DNA of 64,000 nucleotides, taken from the NCBI RefSeq assembly GCF_009914755.1, contig NC_060944.1, one strand, 5' to 3'. The notes under the pieces are model-generated. The model ran no database searches, was not told the origin of the DNA, and saw nothing but the letters and a program-made list of their open reading frames with translations. The translations under genes were made by a program, and so were the position numbers. Shown piece by piece: positions 52,684-64,000 of this stretch (its first letter is position 1; the number at the start of each line of letters is the position of its first letter). The DNA is from the human T2T-CHM13v2.0 reference genome, Homo sapiens.

Positions 52684-55600
52684 TTCCCATGAAAACTAGA
52701 CAGAAGCATTCTCAGAAACTTATTTGTGATGTGTGCCCTCAACTGACAGTGTTGAACCTTTGTTTTGATAGAGCAGTTCTGAAACACACTTTTTGTAAAA
52801 TCTGCAAGAGGATATTTGGATAGCTTTGAGGATTTCGTTGGAAACGGGAATGTCTTCATGTAAACTCTAGACAGAAGCATTCTCAGAAACTGCTTTGGGA
52901 TGTTTCAATTGAAGTCCCAGTGTTGAACATTCCCATTCATAGAGCAGGTTTGAAACACTCTTTTTGTACTATCTGGAAGTGGACATTTGGAGCGCTTTCA
53001 GGTCTACGGTGAAAAAGGAGATATCTTCCAATAAAAACTAGATAGAAGCAATGTCAGAACTTTTTTCATGATGTATCTACTCAGCAAACAGAGTTGAACC
53101 TTTCTTTTGAGAGAGCAGTTTTGAAACACTCTTTTTGTGGAATATGCAAGTGGGTATTAGGCCAGCTTGGAGGATTTCGTTGGAAACGGGAATACGTATA
53201 AAAAGCAGACAGCAGCATTGTCAGAAACTACTTTGTGATGTTTGCATTCAAGTCACAGAATTGAACACTCCCTTTCACAGAGCAGGTTTGAAACACTCTT
53301 TTTGTAGTGTCTGTAAGTGAACATTTGGATTGCTTTCAGGCCTAAGGTGAAAAAGGAAATATCTTCCCATAAAAACTAGACAGAAGCATTCTCAGAAACT
53401 TGTTTGTGATGTGTGCCCTCTACTGACAGAGTTGAACCTTTCTTTGCAAAGAGCAGTTTTGAAACACTCTTTTTGTAGAATCTGCAAGAGGATATTTGGA
53501 TAGCTTTGAGGATTTCTTGGGAAACGGGAATGTCTTCAGATAAACTCTAGACAGAAGCATTCTCAGAAACTTCTTTGGGATGTTTCAATTGAAGTCACAG
53601 TGTTGAACATTCCCTTTCACAGAGCAGGTTTGAAACACTCTTTTTGTAGTGTCTATAAGTGAACATTTGGCGTGCTTTCAGGCCTAACGTGAAAAAGGAA
53701 ATATCTTCCCATAAAAACTAGACAGAAGCATTCTCAGAAACTTGTTCTTGATGTGTCCCCTCTACTGACAGAGTTGAACCTTTCTTTGCAAAGAGCAGCT
53801 TTGAAACACTCTTTTTGTAGAATCTGCAAGAGGATATTTGGATAGCTTGGAGGATTTCGTTGGAAACGGGTATGTCTTCAGATAAACTCTAGACAGAAGC
53901 ATTCTCAGAAACTTCTTTGGGATGTTGCATTCAAGTCACAGAGTAGAACATTCCCATTCATAGAGCAGATTTGAAACACTCTTTTTGTAGTATCTGGAAG
54001 TGGACATTTGGAGCGCTTTCAGGCCTATGTTGAAAAAGGAAATATCTTCCCATAAAAACTAGACGGAAGCATTCTCAGAAACTTATTTGTGATGTGTTTG
54101 CTCAACTAACAGGATTGAACCATCGTTTTGAAGGAGCAGTTTTGAAACACTGTTTTCGTGGAATCTGCAAGTGGATATTTGGCTAGCTTTGAGGATTTCG
54201 TTGGAAACGGGATTACATATAAAAAGGAGACAGCAGCATTCTCAGAAACTTCTTTGTGATGTCTGCATTCAATTCACAGAGTTGAGCATTCCCTTTCATA
54301 GAGCAGGTTGGAAACACTCTTTTTGTAGTATCTGGATGAGGACATTTGGAGCGCTTTCAGGCGTATGGTGAAAAAGGAAATATCTTCCCGTAAAAACTAG
54401 ACAGAAGCATTCTCAGAAGTTTATTTGTGATGTGTGCCCTCAACTAACAGAGTTGAACCTTTCTTTTGATAGAGCAGTTTTGAAACACTCTTTTTGTAAA
54501 ATCTGCAAGAGGATATTTGGATAGCTTTGAGGATTTCGTTGCAAACGGGAATGGCTTCATATAAACTCTAGACAGAAGCATTCTCAGAAACTTCGTTGGG
54601 ATGTTTCGATTGAAGTCCCAGTGTTGAACATTCCCTTTTATAGAGCAGGTTGGAAACACTCTTTCTGCATTCCCTGGAAGTGGACATTTGGAGCGCTTTC
54701 AGGACGACGGTGAAAATGGAAATATCTTCCAAGAAAATCTAGATAGAAGCAACGTCAGAAACTTTTATGTGATGGATCTACTCAGCTAACAGAGTTGAAC
54801 CTTTCTTTTGAGAGAGCAGTTTTGCAACACTCTTTTTGTGGAATATGCAAGTGGATATTAGGGCAGCTTTGAGGATTTCGTTGGAAACGGGAATACATGT
54901 AAAAAGCAGACAGCAGCATTCTCAGAAACTTCTTTGTGATGTTTGCATTGAAGTCACAGAGTTGAACATTCCCTTTGAGAGAGCAGGTTTGAAACACGCC
55001 TTTTGTCATATCTGGAAGTGTCCATTCGGAGCGCATTCAGGCTTGTGTTGAAAAAGGAAATATCCTCCCATAAAAACTAGACAGAAGCATTCTCAGAAAC
55101 TTATCTGTGATGTATGTACTCAACTAACAGAACTAAACCATCGTTTTGAAGGAGCAGTTTTGAAACACTCTTTTTGCGGAATCTGCAAGTGGATATTTGG
55201 CTAGCTGGGAGGATTTCGTTGGAAACGGGATTACATACAAAAAGCAGACAGCAGCATTCTCAGAAACTTCTTTGTGATGTTTGCATTCAAGTCACAGAGT
55301 TGAACATTCCCTTTCATAGAGCAGGTTTGAAACACTCTTTTTGTAGTATCTGGATGTGGACATTTGGATCGCTTTCAGGCCTATGGTGAAAAAGGAAATA
55401 TCTTCCCATGAAAACTAGACAGAAGCATTCTCAGAAACTTATTTGTGATGTGTGCCCTCAACTGACAGTGTTGAACCTTTGTTTTGATAGAGCAGTTCTG
55501 AAACACACTTTTTGTAAAATCTGCAAGAGGATATTTGGATAGCTTTGAGGATTTCGTTGGAAACGGGAATGTCTTCATGTAAACTCTAGACAGAAGCATT

Positions 55601-58600
55601 CTCAGAAACTGCTTTGGGATGTTTCAATTGAAGTCCCAGTGTTGAACATTCCCATTCATAGAGCAGGTTTGAAACACTCTTTTTGTACTATCTGGAAGTG
55701 GACATTTGGAGCGCTTTCAGGTCTACGGTGAAAAAGGAGATATCTTCCAATAAAAACTAGATAGAAGCAATGTCAGAACTTTTTTCATGATGTATCTACT
55801 CAGCAAACAGAGTTGAACCTTTCTTTTGAGAGAGCAGTTTTGAAACACTCTTTTTGTGGAATATGCAAGTGGGTATTAGGCCAGCTTGGAGGATTTCGTT
55901 GGAAACGGGAATACGTATAAAAAGCAGACAGCAGCATTGTCAGAAACTACTTTGTGATGTTTGCATTCAAGTCACAGAATTGAACACTCCCTTTCACAGA
56001 GCAGGTTTGAAACACTCTTTTTGTAGTGTCTGTAAGTGAACATTTGGATTGCTTTCAGGCCTAAGGTGAAAAAGGAAATATCTTCCCATAAAAACTAGAC
56101 AGAAGCATTCTCAGAAACTTGTTTGTGATGTGTGCCCTCTACTGACAGAGTTGAACCTTTCTTTGCAAAGAGCAGTTTTGAAACACTCTTTTTGTAGAAT
56201 CTGCAAGAGGATATTTGGATAGCTTTGAGGATTTCTTGGGAAACGGGAATGTCTTCAGATAAACTCTAGACAGAAGCATTCTCAGAAACTTCTTTGGGAT
56301 GTTTCAATTGAAGTCACAGTGTTGAACATTCCCTTTCACAGAGCAGGTTTGAAACACTCTTTTTGTAGTGTCTATAAGTGAACATTTGGCGTGCTTTCAG
56401 GCCTAACGTGAAAAAGGAAATATCTTCCCATAAAAACTAGACAGAAGCATTCTCAGAAACTTGTTCTTGATGTGTCCCCTCTACTGACAGAGTTGAACCT
56501 TTCTTTGCAAAGAGCAGCTTTGAAACACTCTTTTTGTAGAATCTGCAAGAGGATATTTGGATAGCTTGGAGGATTTCGTTGGAAACGGGTATGTCTTCAG
56601 ATAAACTCTAGACAGAAGCATTCTCAGAAACTTCTTTGGGATGTTGCATTCAAGTCACAGAGTAGAACATTCCCATTCATAGAGCAGATTTGAAACACTC
56701 TTTTTGTAGTATCTGGAAGTGGACATTTGGAGCGCTTTCAGGCCTATGTTGAAAAAGGAAATATCTTCCCATAAAAACTAGACGGAAGCATTCTCAGAAA
56801 CTTATTTGTGATGTGTTTGCTCAACTAACAGGATTGAACCATCGTTTTGAAGGAGCAGTTTTGAAACACTGTTTTCGTGGAATCTGCAAGTGGATATTTG
56901 GCTAGCTTTGAGGATTTCGTTGGAAACGGGATTACGTATAAAAAGGAGACAGCAGCATTCTCAGAAACTTCTTTGTGATGTCTGCATTCAATTCACAGAG
57001 TTGAGCATTCCCTTTCATAGAGCAGGTTGGAAACACTCTTTTTGTAGTATCTGGATGAGGACATTTGGAGCGCTTTCAGGCGTATGGTGAAAAAGGAAAT
57101 ATCTTCCCGTAAAAACTAGACAGAAGCATTCTCAGAAGTTTATTTGTGATGTGTGCCCTCAACTAACAGAGTTGAACCTTTCTTTTGATAGAGCAGTTTT
57201 GAAACACTCTTTTTGTAAAATCTGCAAGAGGATATTTGGATAGCTTTGAGGATTTCGTTGCAAACGGGAATGGCTTCATATAAACTCTAGACAGAAGCAT
57301 TCTCAGAAACTTCGTTGGGATGTTTCGATTGAAGTCCCAGTGTTGAACATTCCCTTTTATAGAGCAGGTTGGAAACACTCTTTCTGCATTCCCTGGAAGT
57401 GGACATTTGGAGCGCTTTCAGGACGACGGTGAAAATGGAAATATCTTCCAAGAAAATCTAGATAGAAGCAACGTCAGAAACTTTTATGTGATGGATCTAC
57501 TCAGCTAACAGAGTTGAACCTTTCTTTTGAGAGAGCAGTTTTGCAACACTCTTTTTGTGGAATATGCAAGTGGATATTAGGGCAGCTTTGAGGATTTCGT
57601 TGGAAACGGGAATACATGTAAAAAGCAGACAGCAGCATTCTCAGAAACTTCTTTGTGATGTTTGCATTGAAGTCACAGAGTTGAACATTCCCTTTGAGAG
57701 AGCAGGTTTGAAACACGCCTTTTGTCATATCTGGAAGTGTCCATTCGGAGCGCATTCAGGCTTGTGTTGAAAAAGGAAATATCCTCCCATAAAAACTAGA
57801 CAGAAGCATTCTCAGAAACTTATCTGTGATGTATGTACTCAACTAACAGAACTAAACCATCGTTTTGAAGGAGCAGTTTTGAAACACTCTTTTTGCGGAA
57901 TCTGCAAGTGGATATTTGGCTAGCTGGGAGGATTTCGTTGGAAACGGGAGTACATACAAAAAGCAGAGAGCAGCATTCTCAGAAACTTCTTTGTGATGTT
58001 TGCATTCAAGTCACAGAGTTGAACATTCCCTTTCATAGAGCAGGTTTGAAACACTCTTTTTGTAGTATCTGGATGTGGACATTTGGATCGCTTTCAGGCC
58101 TATGGTGAAAAAGGAAATATCTTCCCATGAAAACTAGACAGAAGCATTCTCAGAAACTTATTTGTGATGTGTGCCCTCAACTGACAGTGTTGAACCTTTG
58201 TTTTGATAGAGCAGTTCTGAAACACACTTTTTGTAAAATCTGCAAGAGGATATTTGGATAGCTTTGAGGATTTCGTTGGAAACGGGAATGTCTTCATGTA
58301 AACTCTGGACAGAAGCATTCTCAGAAACTGCTTTGGGATGTTTCAATTGAAGTCCCAGTGTTGAACATTCCCTTTCATAGAGCAGGTTTGAAACACTCTT
58401 TTTGTACTATCTGGAAGTGGACATTTGGAGCGCTTTCAGGTCTACGGTGAAAAAGGAGATATCTTCCAATAAAAACTAGATAGAAGCAATGTCAGAACTT
58501 TTTTCATGATGTATCTACTCAGCAAACAGAGTTGAACCTTTCTTTTGAGAGAGCAGTTTTGAAACACTCTTTTTGTGGAATATGCAAGTGGGTATTAGGC

Positions 58601-61600
58601 CAGCTTGGAGGATTTCGTTGGAAACGGGAATACGTATAAAAAGCAGACAGCAGCATTGTCAGAAACTACTTTGTGATGTTTGCATTCAAGTCACAGAATT
58701 GAACACTCCCTTTCACAGAGCAGGTTTGAAACACTCTTTTTGTAGTGTCTGTAAGTGAACATTTGGATTGCTTTCAGGCCTAAGGTGAAAAAGGAAATAT
58801 CTTCCCATAAAAACTAGACAGAAGCATTCTCAGAAACTTGTTTGTGATGTGTGCCCTCTACTGACAGAGTTGAACCTTTCTTTGCAAAGAGCAGTTTTGA
58901 AACACTCTTTTTGTAGAATCTGCAAGAGGATATTTGGATAGCTTTGAGGATTTCTTGGGAAACGGGAATGTCTTCAGATAAACTCTAGACAGAAGCATTC
59001 TCAGAAACTTCTTTGGGATGTTTCAATTGAAGTCACAGTGTTGAACATTCCCTTTCACAGAGCAGGTTTGAAACACTCTTTTTGTAGTGTCTATAAGTGA
59101 ACATTTGGCGTGCTTTCAGGCCTAACGTGAAAAAGGAAATATCTTCCCATAAAAACTAGACAGAAGCATTCTCAGAAACTTGTTCTTGATGTGTCCCCTC
59201 TACTGACAGAGTTGAACCTTTCTTTGCAAAGAGCAGCTTTGAAACACTCTTTTTGTAGAATCTGCAAGAGGATATTTGGATAGCTTGGAGGATTTCGTTG
59301 GAAACGGGTATGTCTTCAGATAAACTCTAGACAGAAGCATTCTCAGAAACTTCTTTGGGATGTTGCATTCAAGTCACAGAGTAGAACATTCCCATTCATA
59401 GAGCAGATTTGAAACACTCTTTTTGTAGTATCTGGAAGTGGACATTTGGAGCGCTTTCAGGCCTATGTTGAAAAAGGAAATATCTTCCCATAAAAACTAG
59501 ACGGAAGCATTCTCAGAAACTTATTTGTGATGTGTTTGCTCAACTAACAGGATTGAACCATCGTTTTGAAGGAGCAGTTTTGAAACACTGTTTTCGTGGA
59601 ATCTGCAAGTGGATATTTGGCTAGCTTTGAGGATTTCGTTGGAAACGGGATTACATATAAAAAGGAGACAGCAGCATTCTCAGAAACTTCTTTGTGATGT
59701 CTGCATTCAATTCACAGAGTTGAGCATTCCCTTTCATAGAGCAGGTTGGAAACACTCTTTTTGTAGTATCTGGATGAGGACATTTGGAGCGCTTTCAGGC
59801 GTATGGTGAAAAAGGAAATATCTTCCCGTAAAAACTAGACAGAAGCATTCTCAGAAGTTTATTTGTGATGTGTGCCCTCAACTAACAGAGTTGAACCTTT
59901 CTTTTGATAGAGCAGTTTTGAAACACTCTTTTTGTAAAATCTGCAAGAGGATATTTGGATAGCTTTGAGGATTTCGTTGCAAACGGGAATGGCTTCATAT
60001 AAACTCTAGACAGAAGCATTCTCAGAAACTTCGTTGGGATGTTTCGATTGAAGTCCCAGTGTTGAACATTCCCTTTTATAGAGCAGGTTGGAAACACTCT
60101 TTCTGCATTCCCTGGAAGTGGACATTTGGAGCGCTTTCAGGACGACGGTGAAAATGGAAATATCTTCCAAGAAAATCTAGATAGAAGCAACGTCAGAAAC
60201 TTTTATGTGATGGATCTACTCAGCTAACAGAGTTGAACCTTTCTTTTGAGAGAGCAGTTTTGCAACACTCTTTTTGTGGAATATGCAAGTGGATATTAGG
60301 GCAGCTTTGAGGATTTCGTTGGAAACGGGAATACATGTAAAAAGCAGACAGCAGCATTCTCAGAAACTTCTTTGTGATGTTTGCATTGAAGTCACAGAGT
60401 TGAACATTCCCTTTGAGAGAGCAGGTTTGAAACACGCCTTTTGTCATATCTGGAAGTGTCCATTCGGAGCGCATTCAGGCTTGTGTTGAAAAAGGAAATA
60501 TCCTCCCATAAAAACTAGACAGAAGCATTCTCAGAAACTTATCTGTGATGTATGTACTCAACTAACAGAACTAAACCATCGTTTTGAAGGAGCAGTTTTG
60601 AAACACTCTTTTTGCGGAATCTGCAAGTGGATATTTGGCTAGCTAGGAGGATTTCGTTGGAAACGGGATTACATACAAAAAGCAGACAGCAGCATTCTCA
60701 GAAACTTCTTTGTGATGTTTGCATTCAAGTCACAGAGTTGAACATTCCCTTTCATAGAGCAGGTTTGAAACACTCTTTTTGTAGTATCTGGATGTGGACA
60801 TTTGGATCGCTATCAGGCCTATGGTGAAAACGGAAATATCTTCCCATGAAAACTAGACAGAAGCATTCTCAGAAACTTATTTGTGATGTGTGCCCTCAAC
60901 TGACAGTGTTGAACCTTTGTTTTGATAGAGCAGTTCTGAAACACACTTTTTGTAAAATCTGCAAGAGGATATTTGGATAGCTTTGAGGATTTCGTTGGAA
61001 ACGGGAATGTCTTCATGTAAACTCTAGACAGAAGCATTCTCAGAAACTGCTTTGGGATGTTTCAATTGAAGTCCCAGTGTTGAACATTCCCTTTCATAGA
61101 GCAGGTTTGAAACACTCTTTTTGTACTATCTGGAAGTGGACATTTGGAGCGCTTTCAGGTCTACGGTGAAAAAGGAGATATCTTCCAATAAAAACTAGAT
61201 AGAAGCAATGTCAGAACTTTTTTCATGATATATCTACTCAGCAAACAGAGTTGAACCTTTCTTTTGAGAGAGCAGTTTTGAAACACTCTTTTTGTGGAAT
61301 ATGCAAGTGGGTATTAGGCCAGCTTGGAGGATTTCGTTGGAAACGGGAATACGTATAAAAAGCAGACAGCAGCATTGTCAGAAACTACTTTGTGATGTTT
61401 GCATTCAAGTCACAGAATTGAACACTCCCTTTCACAGAGCAGGTTTGAAACACTCTTTTTGTAGTGTCTGTAAGTGAACATTTGGATTGCTTTCAGGCCT
61501 AAGGTGAAAAAGGAAATATCTTCCCATAAAAACTAGACAGAAGCATTCTCAGAAACTTGTTTGTGATGTGTGCCCTCTACTGACAGAGTTGAACCTTTCT

Positions 61601-64000
61601 TTGCAAAGAGCAGTTTTGAAACACTCTTTTTGTAGAATCTGCAAGAGGATATTTGGATAGCTTTGAGGATTTCCTGGGAAACGGGAATGTCTTCAGATAA
61701 ACTCTAGACAGAAGCATTCTCAGAAACTTCTTTGGGATGTTTCAATTGAAGTCACAGTGTTGAACATTCCCTTTCACAGAGCAGGTTTGGAACACTCTTT
61801 TTGTAGTGTCTATAAGTGAACATTTGGCGTGCTTTCAGGCCTAACGTGAAAAAGGAAATATCTTCCCATAAAAACTAGACAGAAGCATTCTCAGAAACTT
61901 GTTCTTGATGTGTCCCCTCTACTGACAGAGTTGAACCTTTCTTTGCAAAGAGCAGCTTTGAAACACTCTTTTTGTAGAATCTGCAAGAGGATATTTGGAT
62001 AGCTTGGAGGATTTCGTTGGAAACGGGTATGTCTTCAGATAAACTCTAGACAGAAGCATTCTCAGAAACTTCTTTGGGATGTTGCATTCAAGTCACAGAG
62101 TAGAACATTCCCATTCATAGAGCAGATTTGAAACACTCTTTTTGTAGTATCTGGAAGTGGACATTTGGAGCGCTTTCAGGCCTATGTTGAAAAAGGAAAT
62201 ATCTTCCCATAAAAACTAGACGGAAGCATTCTCAGAAACTTATTTGTGATGTGTTTGCTCAACTAACAGGATTGAACCATCGTTTTGAAGGAGCAGTTTT
62301 GAAACACTGTTTTCGTGGAATCTGCAAGTGGATATTTGGCTAGCTTTGAGGATTTCGTTGGAAACGGGATTACATATAAAAAGGAGACAGCAGCATTCTC
62401 AGAAACTTCTTTGTGATGTCTGCATTCAATTCACAGAGTTGAGCATTCCCTTTCATAGAGCAGGTTGGAAACACTCTTTTTGTAGTATCTGGATGAGGAC
62501 ATTTGGAGCGCTTTCAGGCGTATGGTGAAAAAGGAAATATCTTCCCGTAAAAACTAGACAGAAGCATTCTCAGAAGTTTATTTGTGATGTGTGCCCTCAA
62601 CTAACAGAGTTGAACCTTTCTTTTGATAGAGCAGTTTTGAAACACTCTTTTTGTAAAATCTGCAAGAGGATATTTGGATAGCTTTGAGGATTTCGTTGCA
62701 AACGGGAATGGTTTCATATAAACTCTAGACAGAAGCATTCTCAGAAACTTCGTTGGGATGTTTCGATTGAAGTCCCAGTGTTGAACATTCCCTTTTATAG
62801 AGCAGGTTGGAAACACTCTTTCTGCATTCCCTGGAAGTGGACATTTGGAGCGCTTTCAGGACGACGGTGAAAATGGAAATATCTTCCAAGAAAATCTAGA
62901 TAGAAGCAACGTCAGAAACTTTTATGTGATGGATCTACTCAGCTAACAGAGTTGAACCTTTCTTTTGAGAGAGCAGTTTTGCAACACTCTTTTTGTGGAA
63001 TATGCAAGTGGATATTAGGGCAGCTTTGAGGATTTCGTTGGAAACGGGAATACATGTAAAAAGCAGACAGCAGCATTCTCAGAAACTTCTTTGTGATGTT
63101 TGCATTGAAGTCACAGAGTTGAACATTCCCTTTGAGAGAGCAGGTTTGAAACACGCCTTTTGTCATATCTGGAAGTGTCCATTCGGAGCGCATTCAGGCT
63201 TGTGTTGAAAAAGGAAATATCCTCCCATAAAAACTAGACAGAAGCATTCTCAGAAACTTATCTGTGATGTATGTACTCAACTAACAGAACTAAACCATCG
63301 TTTTGAAGGAGCAGTTTTGAAACACTCTTTTTGCGGAATCTGCAAGTGGATATTTGGCTAGCTGGGAGGATTTCGTTGGAAACGGGAGTACATACAAAAA
63401 GCAGAGAGCAGCATTCTCAGAAACTTCTTTGTGATGTTTGCATTCAAGTCACAGAGTTGAACATTCCCTTTCATAGAGCAGGTTTGAAACACTCTTTTTG
63501 TAGTATCTGGATGTGGACATTTGGATCGCTTTCAGGCCTATGGTGAAAAAGGAAATATCTTCCCATGAAAACTAGACAGAAGCATTCTCAGAAACTTATT
63601 TGTGATGTGTGCCCTCAACTGACAGTGTTGAACCTTTGTTTTGATAGAGCAGTTCTGAAACACACTTTTTGTAAAATCTGCAAGAGGATATTTGGATAGC
63701 TTTGAGGATTTCGTTGGAAACGGGAATGTCTTCATGTAAACTCTGGACAGAAGCATTCTCAGAAACTGCTTTGGGATGTTTCAATTGAAGTCCCAGTGTT
63801 GAACATTCCCTTTCATAGAGCAGGTTTGAAACACTCTTTTTGTACTATCTGGAAGTGGACATTTGGAGCGCTTTCAGGTCTACGGTGAAAAAGGAGATAT
63901 CTTCCAATAAAAACTAGATAGAAGCAATGTCAGAACTTTTTTCATGATGTATCTACTCAGCAAACAGAGTTGAACCTTTCTTTTGAGAGAGCAGTTTTGA

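Larger units (their letters stand above)
1..64000 (+). repeat. Centromeric alpha-satellite higher-order repeat array, dimeric (SF2-like) 16-mer; most likely human chr20 D20Z2 / S2C20H1L
   Basis: Seen: ~171 bp monomers starting CATTCTCAGAAAC with alphoid motifs (GAAACACTCTTTTTGTAG, AAAACTAGACAGAAG); near-identical 2719 bp period (e.g. ORF-track starts 2698, 5417, 8136, 10855); single orientation throughout. Known: alternation of CENP-B-box and pJ-alpha monomers is a dimeric family, which excludes the pentameric SF3 16-mer D17Z1. Alpha-satellite identity is essentially certain; the chr20 assignment is from recall (about 0.85). Confidence 0.98.

Noticed and set aside
37-63784. All 61-85 aa ORFs in the six-frame track (e.g. 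'RISLETG...QKLLCDVCI', 'MLLSRVYMK...')
   Set aside because: They are chance open frames in satellite monomers. They recur with the HOR period, overlap on both strands, often use non-ATG starts and toggle with single SNVs. The CxxC-like 'CDVC' is simply the translation of TGTGATGTTTGC.
1-64000. CRISPR-like or other repeat-spacer system suggested by regularly spaced conserved motifs
   Set aside because: The intervening sequences are homologous monomer bodies, not unique spacers, and there are no cas or other genes.
1-64000. Assignment to chr17 D17Z1, also a ~2.7 kb 16-mer
   Set aside because: D17Z1 is pentameric SF3; here box and no-box monomers alternate strictly as dimers.
1-64000. Hidden L1/Alu insertion, inversion or non-satellite island
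   Set aside because: Every HOR interval is accounted for (2719, 2718, 2717 or 3061 bp), orientation is constant, and I see no poly-A tail or foreign sequence.

Overview
The whole 64 kb window is one uninterrupted head-to-tail array of primate (almost certainly human) centromeric alpha satellite. It is built from 167-171 bp monomers organised as a 16-monomer, 2719 bp higher-order repeat (HOR): 23 complete copies plus a partial 24th. CENP-B-box monomers alternate strictly with pJ-alpha monomers, which marks a dimeric family. The monomers look SF2 (D1/D2)-like, and a 16-mer of about 2.7 kb best fits the live chromosome 20 array D20Z2 (S2C20H1L); that assignment is from recall and needs an alignment. 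I see no genes, transposons, inversions or CRISPR, and every ORF in the track is a satellite artefact. I found no new gene-based system. The signal of interest is array evolution: three 18-mer variant HORs (+342 bp) that duplicate the dimer carrying the dead CENP-B box and share a marker SNP, short out-of-register conversion tracts between monomers, one privately broken CENP-B box, a locally SNV-rich segment, a six-SNV haplotype repeated exactly 16,656 bp apart, and a 6+6+4 internal ancestry of the 16-mer. HOR starts (my phase, motif TTCCCATGAAAACTAG): H1 1, H2 2720, H3 5439, H4 8158, H5 10877, H6 13596, H7 16315, H8 19033, H9 22094, H10 24813, H11 27531, H12 30250, H13 33311, H14 36030, H15 38747, H16 41466, H17 44185, H18 46904, H19 49623, H20 52684, H21 55403, H22 58122, H23 60841, H24 63560 (partial). 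Monomer numbering m1-m16 is mine, not the published one. SNV lists were read by eye and may be incomplete.
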